64,000 nucleotides of DNA from contig NC_068985.1 in assembly GCF_001194135.2 (NCBI RefSeq), positions 102,425,702-102,489,701 on the forward strand, in the 5' to 3' direction. This DNA is from Octopus bimaculoides (taxonomy: Eukaryota). The notes under the pieces are model-generated. The model was given only the letters and a program-made list of their open reading frames with translations. It had not been told where the DNA came from and did no database searches. This document shows positions 26,687-39,190 of the stretch, one piece after another. Each line of letters starts with the position of its first letter. Position 1 is the stretch's first letter. Position numbers and translations under genes: made by a program.

Positions 26687-26997
26687 ACTGAGGTCACGCA
26701 GTGATGTTAAAGAAGTTTGCTAATTTATGCAGTCTTCAATATCTGTTTTAACATTGACATTTTATTTGTCATAACAATCCGATATTTGTATCATTTCACA
26801 AAGCCTGAACAATAACTAATTTCCTTAATTCAGGCACAAATTAATAATTTTCATGAGACATTATTCAACTGCAATACTTGATTGCAAAATGATGAAAGCA
26901 GCCGTTGAATTTGACATGATTTGAAATCTAGAAAGAAAACAGCCGCACAATTATTGGTAAAAAAGTTTTCCATTATTGTAACTGACACTTTAATATA

Positions 26998-27219
26998 ATA
27001 TTGGTTTCCTATTTAGGAATAAGGCCAAAACGTTTGATAGGAAGGAGTAGCCGATTCCACCGAGCAGTAATTCTTTGGTATTTTATATTGTCAATCTCAG
27101 AAAGATGTTCTGTAACGTTAATGTCAGCCGGATTTGAACGGAGACCGTAAGGAACCGAAACTATTGCTAAAAAGCATTATTTTTCAACGTCCTAAAGATT
27201 CTATCAACTCACCGTCCTT
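26998..27219 (-). mobile_element. Degenerate family-D SINE
   Basis: attggtttcctatttaggaataaggcc tail; ggatttgaac B box; ends ttctatcaactcaccgtcctt. Confidence 0.7.
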
Positions 27220-27249
27220 AATGATAAAAATAATAACGGTATTAGAAAA

Positions 27250-27470
27250 TAATTACTTCAAGGCACGTAATTTTTAGTGGTGTGAAGTTAGTCGAGTACA
27301 TCGACCCCATTGCTCAACTTGTACTTAGCTTATCGACCGTGAAATGTTGAAAGACAAAGTTCATCTTGAGAGAATTTACTAATAATTGCAATTAACATAA
27401 AGTGCCGGCAGAAATACAGCTAAGCTTTTTGGCTGAAACGCTATCACTTCTATAAGGGAGTCAACTTAGA
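27250..27470 (-). mobile_element. Degenerate family-D SINE, head-to-tail with the previous copy
   Basis: ttagtcgagtacatcgaccccattgctcaacttgtacttagcttatcgaccgtgaaatgttgaaagacaaagt. Confidence 0.72.
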
Positions 27471-28095
27471 ACTGGAAAAATGACAAAGTGCCTTAATAAA
27501 TGCAACTTCATTTTTTAGTTTCCACGTGCTTATTTCTAAACATATTTATTTCAGGTCATACTACAACCCAACAGCTTATACTTTACCTACTGTTATTCAT
27601 TTTATAACAAGTTAATATTTTTCTCACTTTCTTCACCTTTCTTTTTATACTTATATACCTTTATATCTATCTATCTATCTCTCTATCTATTTATATATGT
27701 ATTTACCTACCTACCTACCTACCTACCTACCTACCTATACATTTGCCTCTATCATTCTCTTACTTCTTATTTTCGTCTCTTACACCTTCAATCCACCTTA
27801 TTTTCTCTCTCCAAATAAAACAGTATCAATATTATAATGTCTGTAACAGAATTACTTATTGTTTTCCACTTCTACATTTTAAACTTTGTTTCTGTGAAAA
27901 ATGCTATATTTATTTCAATGATACAAGTCATTGTCTATGCAAACTATTTGCATGAATTATGCTCGGATATATAATATTTACATATACATGCGTACCACAC
28001 ATATACGTATTTATTTTGCAGCGTATCTACTGGCATACATTTCTCTCACACACACTCTCTCTCTCTCCATCCTCTCTTTTCTCCATCTACACACA

Positions 28096-28187
<92 letters not shown>

Positions 28188-28478
28188 TTTATATGCGCTG
28201 TGTTTGTGTGCACGCGTATGTATATGCGGAGACGCTGGGAGATGTGTATGCCATGTGTCACTCAATATTCTTTAAAAGCAATATTTGCATAAATTACGCA
28301 TATGAAGCACGTGCTTATAATTTTCGGATACAAGATGAATTTCTATGCATATATAATAGGATATTTACATTATTTTCATAAATCAATACAGACACATACG
28401 GACCAAACTAGAGAATGTATACGCATATACATAATCAATAATATCGATTTTATACATGTATATATATATATATATATA

Positions 28479-28509
<31 letters not shown>

Positions 28510-28571
28510 CAGGGACAGAGAGAGTGTGTATGTTTATGTGTTTGTGTTTACATAAATGTATGCATGTTTAC

Positions 28572-28609
<38 letters not shown>

Positions 28610-29459
28610 GTAAACATGCATACATTTATGTAAACACAAACACATAAACATACACACTCTCTCTGTCCCTCTCTCTCTCTCACACACACACATATTGATT
28701 TGAATATACTGGTGAGAAAAGCAAGCTATTCTAGTGTGTATTAAATATATAATTAAAATTTATAATACATAGATATATATTTGGCATGTATGTCTGTGTG
28801 TGTGTGTGTGATGACATATATTAAATATATAATACATATATATGGGTGTATTTAACATAAATGCATAATACATTTCAATTATATATTTCAATACTACAGT
28901 TACACGCGATGTACATTTAAACAGACACTCACACACGTACAAAACACTAATGCACAGATATAGATATCAAAGAACGCATCTATGTTTACTTACATACCTA
29001 CACACACGTGTATATTTACACGTACATACATACATACATGCATACACTCACACAAATATATATCTGTATGTGTGTATGCATATTTGTGAATTAAAGCTAT
29101 CATTGGTTTCATGTCAAGAAAAGTAGGAAATTATCCTAGTATCATAACAATTTTTCAAGCTGATCACATAGAGAAAGTTGTTCGTCTCCATTCTGGAAAA
29201 CACAGATTGTGCTTTTAGCGATGAGCTGTTTTTCACAGCTCATCGATGACAGTCATGTTTTAGTATTACTCCAACCAAGCCTAATTCAAACTAATGACAG
29301 AGGAAAATTCTTCTTCGCAGAATATCATATTTATACACCCTGCAAAGATCGTACCAATAATACATAAATCGTTGCATACAGTTTTCGACAGTATATCAAC
29401 CAGTATTCGATAGTCAATAGATATTCAAATCTAAAACCTCCCTCCAGTTTACTAGTATT

Positions 29460-29507
<48 letters not shown>

Positions 29508-29881
29508 TGTGTGTGAAAGTGAGTGAATGTGTTTGTGCGTGAGATTTTTATGTTTCATGTTTGTGTTATGTTTAGTAGTGGTTCTTGGAATTAATATTAG
29601 TAAAAAGAATGCCAAACCTATACAAATTGGAGTTCATAAGATCCTTTATTACGGTGCCACACCATGACTGTTATTAAATACATGCAGCCAATGAAAGAGT
29701 TAAATGATTATATAGGTAGATAAATATATACTCAGTTTTATCTGTCCGAACATGATGAAATACATAATGGATCGCAGGATGATTTGAACTCAGTACCTTA
29801 AGAGTAGAAATAGATATCGTAAAATATTCTGCTTGACACTCAAATGATTTTGCTAATCCACTGCAACAGAATATTTCAAAA

Positions 29882-30503
29882 ATTGGTTTCAAATTTTGGC
29901 ACAAGGTTAGCAATTTCGGTAGAGATTGTTACTCGAATACATCAACCACATTGTAAAACTGATATTTTAATGTATCATGCGGAGGTGCAATGGCCCAGTG
30001 GTTTGGGCAGCGGACTCGCGGTCATAGGATCGCAGTTTCGATTCCCAAACCGGGCGTTGTGAGTGTTTATTGAGTGAAAATACCTAAAGCCCCACAAGGT
30101 TCCGGCAGGGGATTGTGGCGAACCCTGCTGTACTCTTCCACCACAACTTTCTCTCACACTTACTTCCTGTTTCTGTTGTGCCTGTAATTCAAAGGGTCAG
30201 CCTTGTCACACTGTGTCACACTGAATATCCCCGAGAACTACGTTAAGGGTACACGTGTCTGTGGAGTGCTCAGCCATTAGCACGTTAATTTCACGAGCAG
30301 GTAGTTCCGTTGATCGGATCAACTGTAACCTTCGATGTCGTAAGTGACGGAGTGCCAACAACAACAACAACTTTAATTTATCGACGCCGAAAGAATGAAA
30401 GGCAAAGTAGACCTCGGTGAAATTTGAACTCAGTGCTTAAGGATAGGTGAAATTTCGTTAAGCATTTTGCTCAGCTTACCGACGCTTCTCAGAGTTCGCC
30501 GCC
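29882..30503 (-). mobile_element. Family-D SINE interrupted by a family-A insertion
   Basis: D tail at 29882-29980; D body and head resume at 30372 (tttatcgacgccgaaagaatgaaaggcaaagtagacctcgg..atttgaactc..agttcgccgcc). Confidence 0.85.
29981..30371 (+). mobile_element. Full-length family-A SINE nested in a D SINE
   Basis: A box and B box, CORE-like gttgtgagtgtttattgagtgaaaatacctaaagc, (AAC)n tail; degenerate TSD tttaatgtatcatgc / tttaatttatcgacgc. Confidence 0.93.
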
Positions 30504-31129
30504 TCAGAATATTCCAAAATTAAAAATTATAAACGCTAGTAATTATCATGTAAACAACTTTTCTTGCGTTGACATTTACTAGTCAACAAGAGAAGAGAAC
30601 AGACGAATGCATAAAAATGTACCTATGCATGTATGGATGGATGAATGAATCTTTGTCTGTATGTATGTATGTATGATTGTATTAATGTATGTATGTATGT
30701 ATGTATGTATGTATGTATGTATGTATGTATGGGAGATGAAAAAAGAGAAAGAGTAAGTGTGAGATTAACAGCAAGTTAGCGTAAATATATTTGAAAATTC
30801 TGAATCTATTTTATTTTAATGTTTTCATAACTTATCAACGATATGCAGTTTTAATTTGACGCTCTGACACACGGAATTTTCATAATGCAATATTTAATTA
30901 TATATAATACATGTGACCTTCCTATTTACGAATATTTTTTTCTAAATTGAATTACAATTAATCTTTCGCACCTGTTTCAATATATTTCGCAGAACACTAA
31001 TATGGTAAACAACAGCTTGCCAAAGAAAGTTTTGCATATTTTCTATTACAAATAACATACATAAATATACAAATGCATACGTCTATATGTGTGTACGTAC
31101 GTACGTACGTACGTACGTACGTACATGAT

Positions 31130-31241
<112 letters not shown>

Positions 31242-32508
31242 GTAGGTAGGTAGGTAGGTAGATAGATAAAAGCTGTAGTGGCTGTATCCGGTTCTAAAAC
31301 TAGAACCACCAGGCAATGTAGCACCCTAGAACTTGCAGATTATCAATAGTATTTAAATGTGTATTCACAAACATATTCATATAATTATGCATACAATCAC
31401 ACACACAAACACTCACATAATTTCACGCGTAAGCACACATGCATGCGCATTCATACACACACACACAAATGCCAGGGAAAGTCTAATAAGATATTAATTG
31501 AATATTTATTTTAATAAATACAAATATAATTCTGTTGGTTGCCACTATATTTGAATAAATAACACATATTTAAATAGCTCACTTATAGGTTTTCCTCTGA
31601 ATACTCTATATAAAATCCTGTTTATATATAGGAAACGAAGAAGTAGGCTGATTAAATTGTAAGTACAACCCACGCATTTATTTTATCAAACCATTTCGTT
31701 TCATTTGTCAAGAGAATCACAATATATCCTTTCGTCATTTACTATGAAGGTTACATTTCTATGAATTATTATACACGGTGTAAAGATGTACTTAATATTT
31801 CTCTTTCCTCTATAATGATAAATACACTAAAACCCGCGAAATGCTAATCTATGAAGTATGGTTAAAGCATTGTCTTAAAAGCCACACACAAATCAATGCA
31901 GCCCAGGCACTTTTAGTTGTAGAGTGTCCATACAGATTTAATTAAATATTTTTCCACATCTACTAGTCTGCAAGCTGTTAGTATATAAGAGATCATTGCC
32001 TCCAATATTCTAACTTATAATAGGACAATTATTGTGTTCTCTATGTTTGTTGATAAAACGAGAAAGGCAATTTAAATTTACACTGTTTCTGAATCTAAGT
32101 CTCGGTTTTAAAAGCCTATATCGTAATAAACATATGGTCCTCACGAAGAGCTGAAAACGAAGTATATCTGTGAGTATGATGTCGAAATCAACTTCGAAGA
32201 AGTGCCAATTTCCTGATGCACCGAGAATGTCAACATGCTTTTGTAATTTCTGTATAAATTCACTTCAGCAAATGTTTGAATGTCACAACAAGCTATTAAA
32301 TATATTCCACCACAAACAAAATATTAAGCATTATTTGCGAATCTCTGCTAGGTGTTTGCTGCCTTTATTCACCTTTATATATTTTCTTTTAACTACTTCC
32401 TTTTAATTGTATCAAAATAACATGAGTTAATATTGTTTTTATTGAAACAAGTTTAATATGATTTAATATACAACAACATTGAAATAATAATAATAAACCA
32501 GAAAATAA

Positions 32509-32546
<38 letters not shown>

Positions 32547-32680
32547 CAAATGCGTGTACGAAACGACGAAAAGGGATTCTATCTATTAATAGTTAAATTT
32601 TATCTCTGAAAACATACAAGAAAAGAAGAGAAAACACATTAATCCGGACGAAAGCTAACATTAACAACAAACTATAAATT

Positions 32681-32752
32681 AAAAATCTCTTCATCAGTAA
32701 CAAATAAAAATCTTCTCATCGGTAACAAATTAGAAATCTTCTCATTAATAAA
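32681..32752. repeat. About 26-bp minisatellite, roughly 2.7 copies
   Basis: aaaatctcttcatcagtaacaaat / aaaaatcttctcatcggtaacaaat / tagaaatcttctcattaataaa. Confidence 0.75.
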
Positions 32753-33410
32753 CGACTTTCTTGTAAGCCGCTGAACAAACTGGAAATGATTAATGTAATA
32801 TGATAAATCCTAAGTAAACATGGCAAGCTGTTTTAACTTGATGAATTTAATTAGTGCATTGGAGATACGAGTTATGCAATACCTTGCAGGCTATCGATGT
32901 AGCTTCTACACGGCGTTGTTGCAATACATTAAATTTCACAAGAATGGAAATAGTCACAAACTCATATATTCGTTATATAACATATTCATACATGTGAGCA
33001 CGCGCGGCCACACACACATTCACACACACATACACACATTTACAAACTTGTACATATACATAAATACTTATATGAATGTATACATACACGCACACACAAA
33101 GTAACGGCTTAAATATTGTCAATGTTCTCGTAAATGATATGACGATGAGCGAGATTGATTTAACTTCAAAAATGTCCCACCCTTCCCTGATAGCTAATAT
33201 AAATATATCTGATCACATACGCTTACATTTTTACATACACGTATGCACACACTCATATATAGACGTACGCATGTATGTCCGTATTCCTGTATACATATAA
33301 GTACGTAAATAAACGTTTAATAATAACTATATGTCAATTCATCATTAGATATGCACACAAAAATCCACCGAATTGACAAAATTAATAAAGCGTTGGCAGT
33401 CAGTAACGCT

Positions 33411-33696
33411 GCGCAATGGCCCAGTGGTGAGGGCAGCGGATTCCTGGTCGGAGGATCGCGGTTTCGATTCCCAGACCGGGCGTTGTGTGTGTTTATTGAG
33501 CGAAAACACCTAAAGCTGCGCGAGGCTCCGGCAGAGGGTGATGGCAACCCCTGTTGTATTCTTTCACCCCAACTTCCTCTTAATCTTTCTTCCTGTTTCT
33601 TGAGTAAAGTTGCGATGGACTGGCGTCCCGACCAGCTGGGGGGGATACACATACGCCCCAAAAAAACAAACAGGAAATCAGGCCCATGAGTCTGGC
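33411..33696 (+). mobile_element. Family-B SINE (same head as A, different 3' half)
   Basis: TGGCCCAGTGG..GGTTTCGATTCC head matches A; after cttcctgtttct it continues tgagtaaagttgcgatggactggcgtccc as in 62991-63290. Confidence 0.9.
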
Positions 33697-33734
33697 CGCA
33701 TAAATAATAAATAAAAGGTAGTAACAATACTTTA

Positions 33735-33810
33735 TATTCTAAGTTCACGTCCGACCTAAATCAAATTTGCTTTTCACACATTCGGTGTCGATAAAATAAA
33801 GTATAATTAC
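33735..33810 (+). mobile_element. Family-D central fragment
   Basis: ttctaagttcacgtccgacctaaatcaaatttgcttttcacacattcggtgtcgataaaataaagta. Confidence 0.55.
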
Positions 33811-33974
33811 TGGCGGGTTGGAAGATTCTGTTCATTTACACCCTCTCTTCAGTATTGAAGGTCTCCTGTCTAAATTTGAACAGTTATACATACTGGTATC
33901 CATTCATTTATTCACCTATACATCAGTCAATTTGTACACATCTTTACATTCATATATGCATAAGAGATACATAC

Positions 33975-34025
33975 AAGGTGGTGCTCCAGCATGATCACAG
34001 CCGCATGGTTGAAACGAGTAAAATA
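33975..34025 (+). mobile_element. Isolated family-C 3' terminus
   Basis: aaggtggtgctccagcatgatcacagccgcatggttgaaacgagtaaaatag. Confidence 0.65.
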
Positions 34026-35380
34026 GTATACATGCATACATACATACTTGCATAAATACATTCACACATATACACATAGACACATGCATACATACATACA
34101 TACATACGTACATACATACATTCCAGATACGCATTTACAAAATTTTCAAATAATGAAATTTTCCAAACTAAACCACAGGGGGAAAGATACAAGAAAATAG
34201 GTAAAACGTTTGGAGAAAAATCAATACATTCGCCAAGCAATGGAATATTACAAAAAAGGCATTAACAATACTCATTGTATATAAAAAAAAGAAACATACT
34301 CTATAAAAACACATAACCAACAGCCAAATCAGGGAACATTGCAAACCACAAACAAGATATTTCCGGCAACAAAATCGGCTAATGCGCAATGAATATATAT
34401 AACAATACTAAATTTATAATAAACAATATAATGACGACGTAAAGCAACTTCAATTAAAACGTCAACATATGCCAATAATTGTACAAAAATCAATACAGCG
34501 ATACAACAACCACAAAAGCTACCAATAAGCATTAAAAAAGTGACACTTCATAATCATTATTATCCTGTCACCCTTACGTTGTCTTCCTTTCCCTCATCGC
34601 TCTATTTAATTTCTAAATGTGGCTTCATTGTTCTCATTATCTAATTCATTATTGCATTGTATTACACTGAATTATACTTTACTTACATTGACTTCTTCCA
34701 ATTTTTTTCCTTCATTTCTCCCCCCGAATCATTCCTTTTTCCATTATTTCAACTCCTTGACCTTTCGACTTTATTCTTACTTTACTTTCATTCATTGAAT
34801 GCGTATATTTTTATGCTTCTTAATTCATTTTTGCTTTATTTATCTCATCAGAAATGCCTTCTGCTTAGAAGTAGAAAGTAGAAAGTATAGAGGTTCATCG
34901 TTTTTCTCTGTATTAACTGCATTAGGCGAGTAATTAAAGTGTACGCGAGTTGAGCCTATATTTGTTTTAACTACGTATTAGATGTTCGATGCAGTTTACT
35001 GTGAATGAAGCTTTTGATATTGTGCTCTCACTATAATCTACTATGACTGGTTTTGCTTTTTTTTTCAGGCACAAGGCCAAATACACTAGTGGAAGGTTAT
35101 TAGTCTATTTAATCAACAGAAAGTAATTACTAAATTAATTAATCAACTAAAGTTGATTAATACACGCGCGCGCGCGCGAGCGAGAGTATATGTGCGTGCA
35201 CGTGCCCGTGTATACGTTGGTGTGCACGTGTGTGTGTGTGCGTACATGTGTGTCTATGTGGAGGGGTCTTGTGTGTATGTAAGTGTCTGCATATGTTCAT
35301 GTTGGTATATAACTTATCGGACGAGGACACTGTGGGACTGAATTTCATTGTAAGATTATGTTTATATATATATATATATG

Positions 35381-35432
<52 letters not shown>

Positions 35433-35503
35433 CATATGTGTCTGCATATATGTTCGTGTATGCTTGTACTTACACAAATACATATATATTAAGAAAGTGC
35501 TTC

Positions 35504-35579
<76 letters not shown>

Positions 35580-35600
35580 GAGAGAGAGAGGGGCAGGGAG

Positions 35601-35640
<40 letters not shown>

Positions 35641-37133
35641 TCATGGAGCCTTTGATACAATCCACATGCAGTTCTAATGCCAGATTTTCACAAAGGGGTA
35701 GGGAAGATTATTGAATATAATGGTAGAATGAAACCTCTTTGTGTTCTTTACATGTCGTTACATGTTTTCCTTTTCTTTCTGCTTGAATGTTTTTCTCCAA
35801 TTTCTACTTTCACTTTCTATATTTACTTTCATTTTTCCTCACATAATCTTTCCTGTTTGGCTTACAATATGGCTTCCATTTTCTTGCCGTTAATTTTTCC
35901 ACTAAACCCATATACTTTCCATTTTACTTTCATTTATTAGTTGAATATTTCTCTCTTGTTCTTCCGATTCTTATTTTTCGCCTTATTTTCCTCCAATTTC
36001 CTTCACTGCGCTTGCAACAGTTTGAAACTGAACGTCTTAATTGAAACGCTGATCTGTCAATAAATTGAAAAGCGAATTTATTTATTTATTTATTCTTAAC
36101 TCTTTCTTCAACCATTTATTTTTCTCTCTTGTTTAGGAAATTAAAGCAATTGCCATGTTAATTAGAAAACAAAACGGTTTTCTTTGTCATTGTTGTTGCT
36201 GTAATTTTACTTGTTGCTGTAATTTTACTTATTGCTGTTTGTTATCTCTTCTTTTTCCTCGCATCATTCAGCTTTATGTTGTTTATTTTCGGTTTCTTTA
36301 GGCTTTTTTATTTCATTTGTTTTATGGAGATCAAACATGTGTTGATTTGTTTACAAGATGTGGTTTTATTTTAATTTTCCTTTATTTGTTGCATTTGTTA
36401 ATGATGCCAAAGCCAATGTATTTATTGTTTCTTGTATATATTAAAGTTCTGTTTAACTTCGGACTAGTAATTTTTTTTTCTTTCATCATGAATTTTAGCA
36501 CAGAATATTAAGAAATAATATTTACAGAATTAACAAATTATTGATATAACATCATGATGTTATATTGTCTGGTGAACCTCCAAAATACGGAGGATCAGAC
36601 GGCGGAAGGCGACGGGGACAGTAACAACGACAAACACGACGATAAGGATGATGATGAGAACGGCAAAGACTACGGTGATACTGAGGAGGAGAAAGAGAAA
36701 GATAAGCAGGAGTAAGATGTGATGAAGAGGAGGGGGAGGACAAGGAGGACGAGGTAATGTCAGTGGTGGTGGTGGTGGTGGTGGCCGTCGTTCTGGTGGT
36801 AATCATCATTACCAACATCATAAACAACATTGGCAATATCATCTCCATCGTTATTATTAGCATGATTATTTCCACTATAATAACCATCACGATCATAATC
36901 ATCACCATTGTATTGATAAACATATTAATGACAAACATATTAACGACGATCAAGTTGATGACTACGAACAGAATTAGGAAATGACTGTAATACAAGAAAT
37001 ACATACAGCAAAGTTCGGCAGGAAATTCTGTCCCTCAATTCAAACTATCCACGAACTAATATAAATTTTTGACCTCTCTAGTTACGTTGATGGCATTCAG
37101 AAACACATAACTACATCCTAACAAATTCCATTG

Positions 37134-37288
37134 ATTATTTACATTATTTACATTGGACGGATATGTGTCGTTATCTGTTTGTTGTTACCACATCCTTTCG
37201 GCTGATTTACTCTCCAACCTTCATCAGGTGTCCTGGAAGAATTTTGATCTCCACCCTGATTTCTCAGTCCTAAGGTATTTTTTGCTGA

Positions 37289-37352
<64 letters not shown>

Positions 37353-37437
37353 TATTCAAAGCACTGCTAGGAATTGAACTCGAAATCTTAGCGTCAGTAG
37401 TCTGCACTCTTAACCATTACGCTATATGCTCGTGGGC
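37134..37437 (-). mobile_element. Family-H SINE: tRNA head + (AAT)n + body with a degenerate hammerhead ribozyme motif
   Basis: Minus strand: A box TAGCGTAATGGTT (37424-37412), B box GAGTTCAATTCCT (37381-37369), (AAT)n, then GGACAC-CTGATGA-A-GGTTGG/AGAGTAAA/TCAGCC-GAAA-GGAT-GTGGT. Confidence 0.8.
37187..37233 (-). ncRNA. Degenerate minimal type-I hammerhead ribozyme motif
   Basis: CUGAUGA (37227-37221), 6-bp stem II including G-U pairs, GAAA (37199-37196), stem I acac/gtgg with one mismatch. Reads GAAAGGAU where GAAAC-GUH is expected, so this copy is probably inactive. Confidence 0.55.
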
Positions 37438-37446
37438 ATAATAATG

Positions 37447-37501
<55 letters not shown>

Positions 37502-37690
37502 CAACAACAACAACATCAGCAAAAAATACCTTAATAATGAGAACCCAGGGTTGGGTTCAAAATTCTTCCAGGACACCTGATGAAACTTGTTAAAAGTCGA
37601 AACTTTCAGGTAGCAACAAATAAGGTGAGAACACATACCGGTCTAATGTAAATAATGTACAGAATTCCTCATCTCAAAAATATAAAATAG
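37438..37690 (+). mobile_element. Headless inverted second copy of the family-H body
   Basis: (AAT)n(AAC)n-catcagcaaaaaatacctta..aaaattcttccaggacacCTGATGAaacttgttaaaagtcGAAACtttcagg..aatgtaaataatgt is the reverse complement of 37134-37350. Confidence 0.85.
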
Positions 37691-37884
37691 ATTCCACAGT
37701 TGACTGAAGTAGAAGGCATAAATGATGAAAAATAAAACATGACAACCGTTTAGTGCGTCGAAAAAAGGCTTTCTGGTTTTAGACCTGCCACGTTACATTC
37801 TGAATACGTCATTGCTTTCATGGTTTCGGGGCGGGGTCGGTATAATCAATACTATATGAGTACCGGGAGACAGGGTCCATGCAG

Positions 37885-38098
37885 AGAACCAGTAGGGTCG
37901 TTAGAGCACCGGAGAAAAGATTAACGGTAATCTGTCCGACATCATGGACTGAGGTCAAATTCGGTTGAGGTCGATTTTACCTCTCACAATTTCGGTGTCG
38001 ATGATATTAAGGGCCAGTTGAACGCAAATGTCGAAATAATGGACTTACCCACCTCCCAACGTAATTGTTGGACTCGTGTCAAATTCTGAAACCATTAT
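37885..38098 (+). mobile_element. Degenerate family-D SINE
   Basis: gaggtcaaattcggttgaggtcgattttacctctcacaatttcggtgtcgatgatattaag..gtgtcaaattctgaaaccatt. Confidence 0.72.
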
Positions 38099-38099
38099 T

Positions 38100-38146
<47 letters not shown>

Positions 38147-38608
38147 TGTTGTTGTTGTTGTTATAGTGATAGTAGTAGAAGCGGCAGCAGCCGCCGTTGT
38201 TGAAACAATACTGCTATAATAAATAATTCAAATCAATTGTTTGATGTTTTGTTCTGGACAAATCTAAACCCAGTGCATGTCCAGTCTACGACAGGTTCAT
38301 GATTAGCTTCGTCATTCACATTTCATATTCATTCTGATTTTCAATAATTCAAGAAAAAAGCATTACCATCACACTTCTTTCTTTCTTTCTTTCTGTATGT
38401 ATGTATGTATGTATGTATGTATGTATGTATGTACGTACGCTTGTGTGTATGTTTTTATGCATGTCTGTATGTATATTTGTTTATGTATGTATCTATGTAT
38501 GTGTACATGTATGTATGTGTGTATATATATTATGTTTGTATGTAAGTGTGTTTGTGTGTGTGTGTGTGTGCGTGCGTGCCCGTGTGTGTGTTTGCGTGTG
38601 TGTGTAAG

Positions 38609-38995
38609 TGACGTACGTGACCTGGAGTATAGGATGATGCACTCAGGAGTCCCAGGTCGTGATTTTATGATTTAAATTGCTGGACCTGGTGATGCGTTGT
38701 GTTCTTGGGCAAAACACTTCGTCACGTGTTGCCCTGCAATCAAAGTGATATCTGACGTATGTGTGCTGAAAGATTCCTGGCTTTAAGGGTGTCGCAAGAA
38801 ACCTGGATAGAGGATCAACTTTCCAAGTTCTTTTATAGGACTTTGATACACTGAAGGACTGCTGCAATACGTCTGTGAATCTGAGAGTGGTATAACCAAA
38901 GAACTAGGATGTAAGCGGTTCAACACAAGAGACCGATAGAATACGTGCCAGGCTTACAAAGAGTAAGTCTTGGGGCGAATCATTCGACTAAAATG
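38609..38995 (+). mobile_element. Degenerate SINE (family E) with a CORE-like segment and a C-type 3' module
   Basis: gcgttgtgttcttgggcaaaacactt is CORE-like; the 3' end agcggttcaacacaagagaccgatagaatacgtgccaggcttacaaagagtaagtcttgggg matches C. Confidence 0.65.
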
Positions 38996-39120
38996 CGGGC
39001 GGGCGGGCGGATGGATGGATGGGTGGGTGGATGGGTGGATGGATGGGTGGATCGGTTTTTGGGTGTTTAGGTAAGTAGGTAGGTAGTTAGGTAGATAGAT
39101 AGATAGATAGATAGATAGAC

Positions 39121-39190
<70 letters not shown>

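Noticed and set aside
36590-36710. Acidic protein-like frame (EDQTAEGDGDSNNDKHDDKDDDENG...)
   Set aside because: Decayed trinucleotide simplicity continuous with neighbouring GGT/CAT tracts; in-frame stop and no splice signals
37352-37437. Stand-alone tRNA gene (likewise the heads at 5061, 21224, 29981, 33411, 62991)
   Set aside because: A and B boxes are present but there is no intact cloverleaf acceptor stem, and each continues into a SINE body
39062-39076. Another AG|GTAAGT (gggtgtttag|gtaagt)
   Set aside because: No pyrimidine tract; it lies at the edge of a (GGAT)/(GTAG)/(GATA) microsatellite
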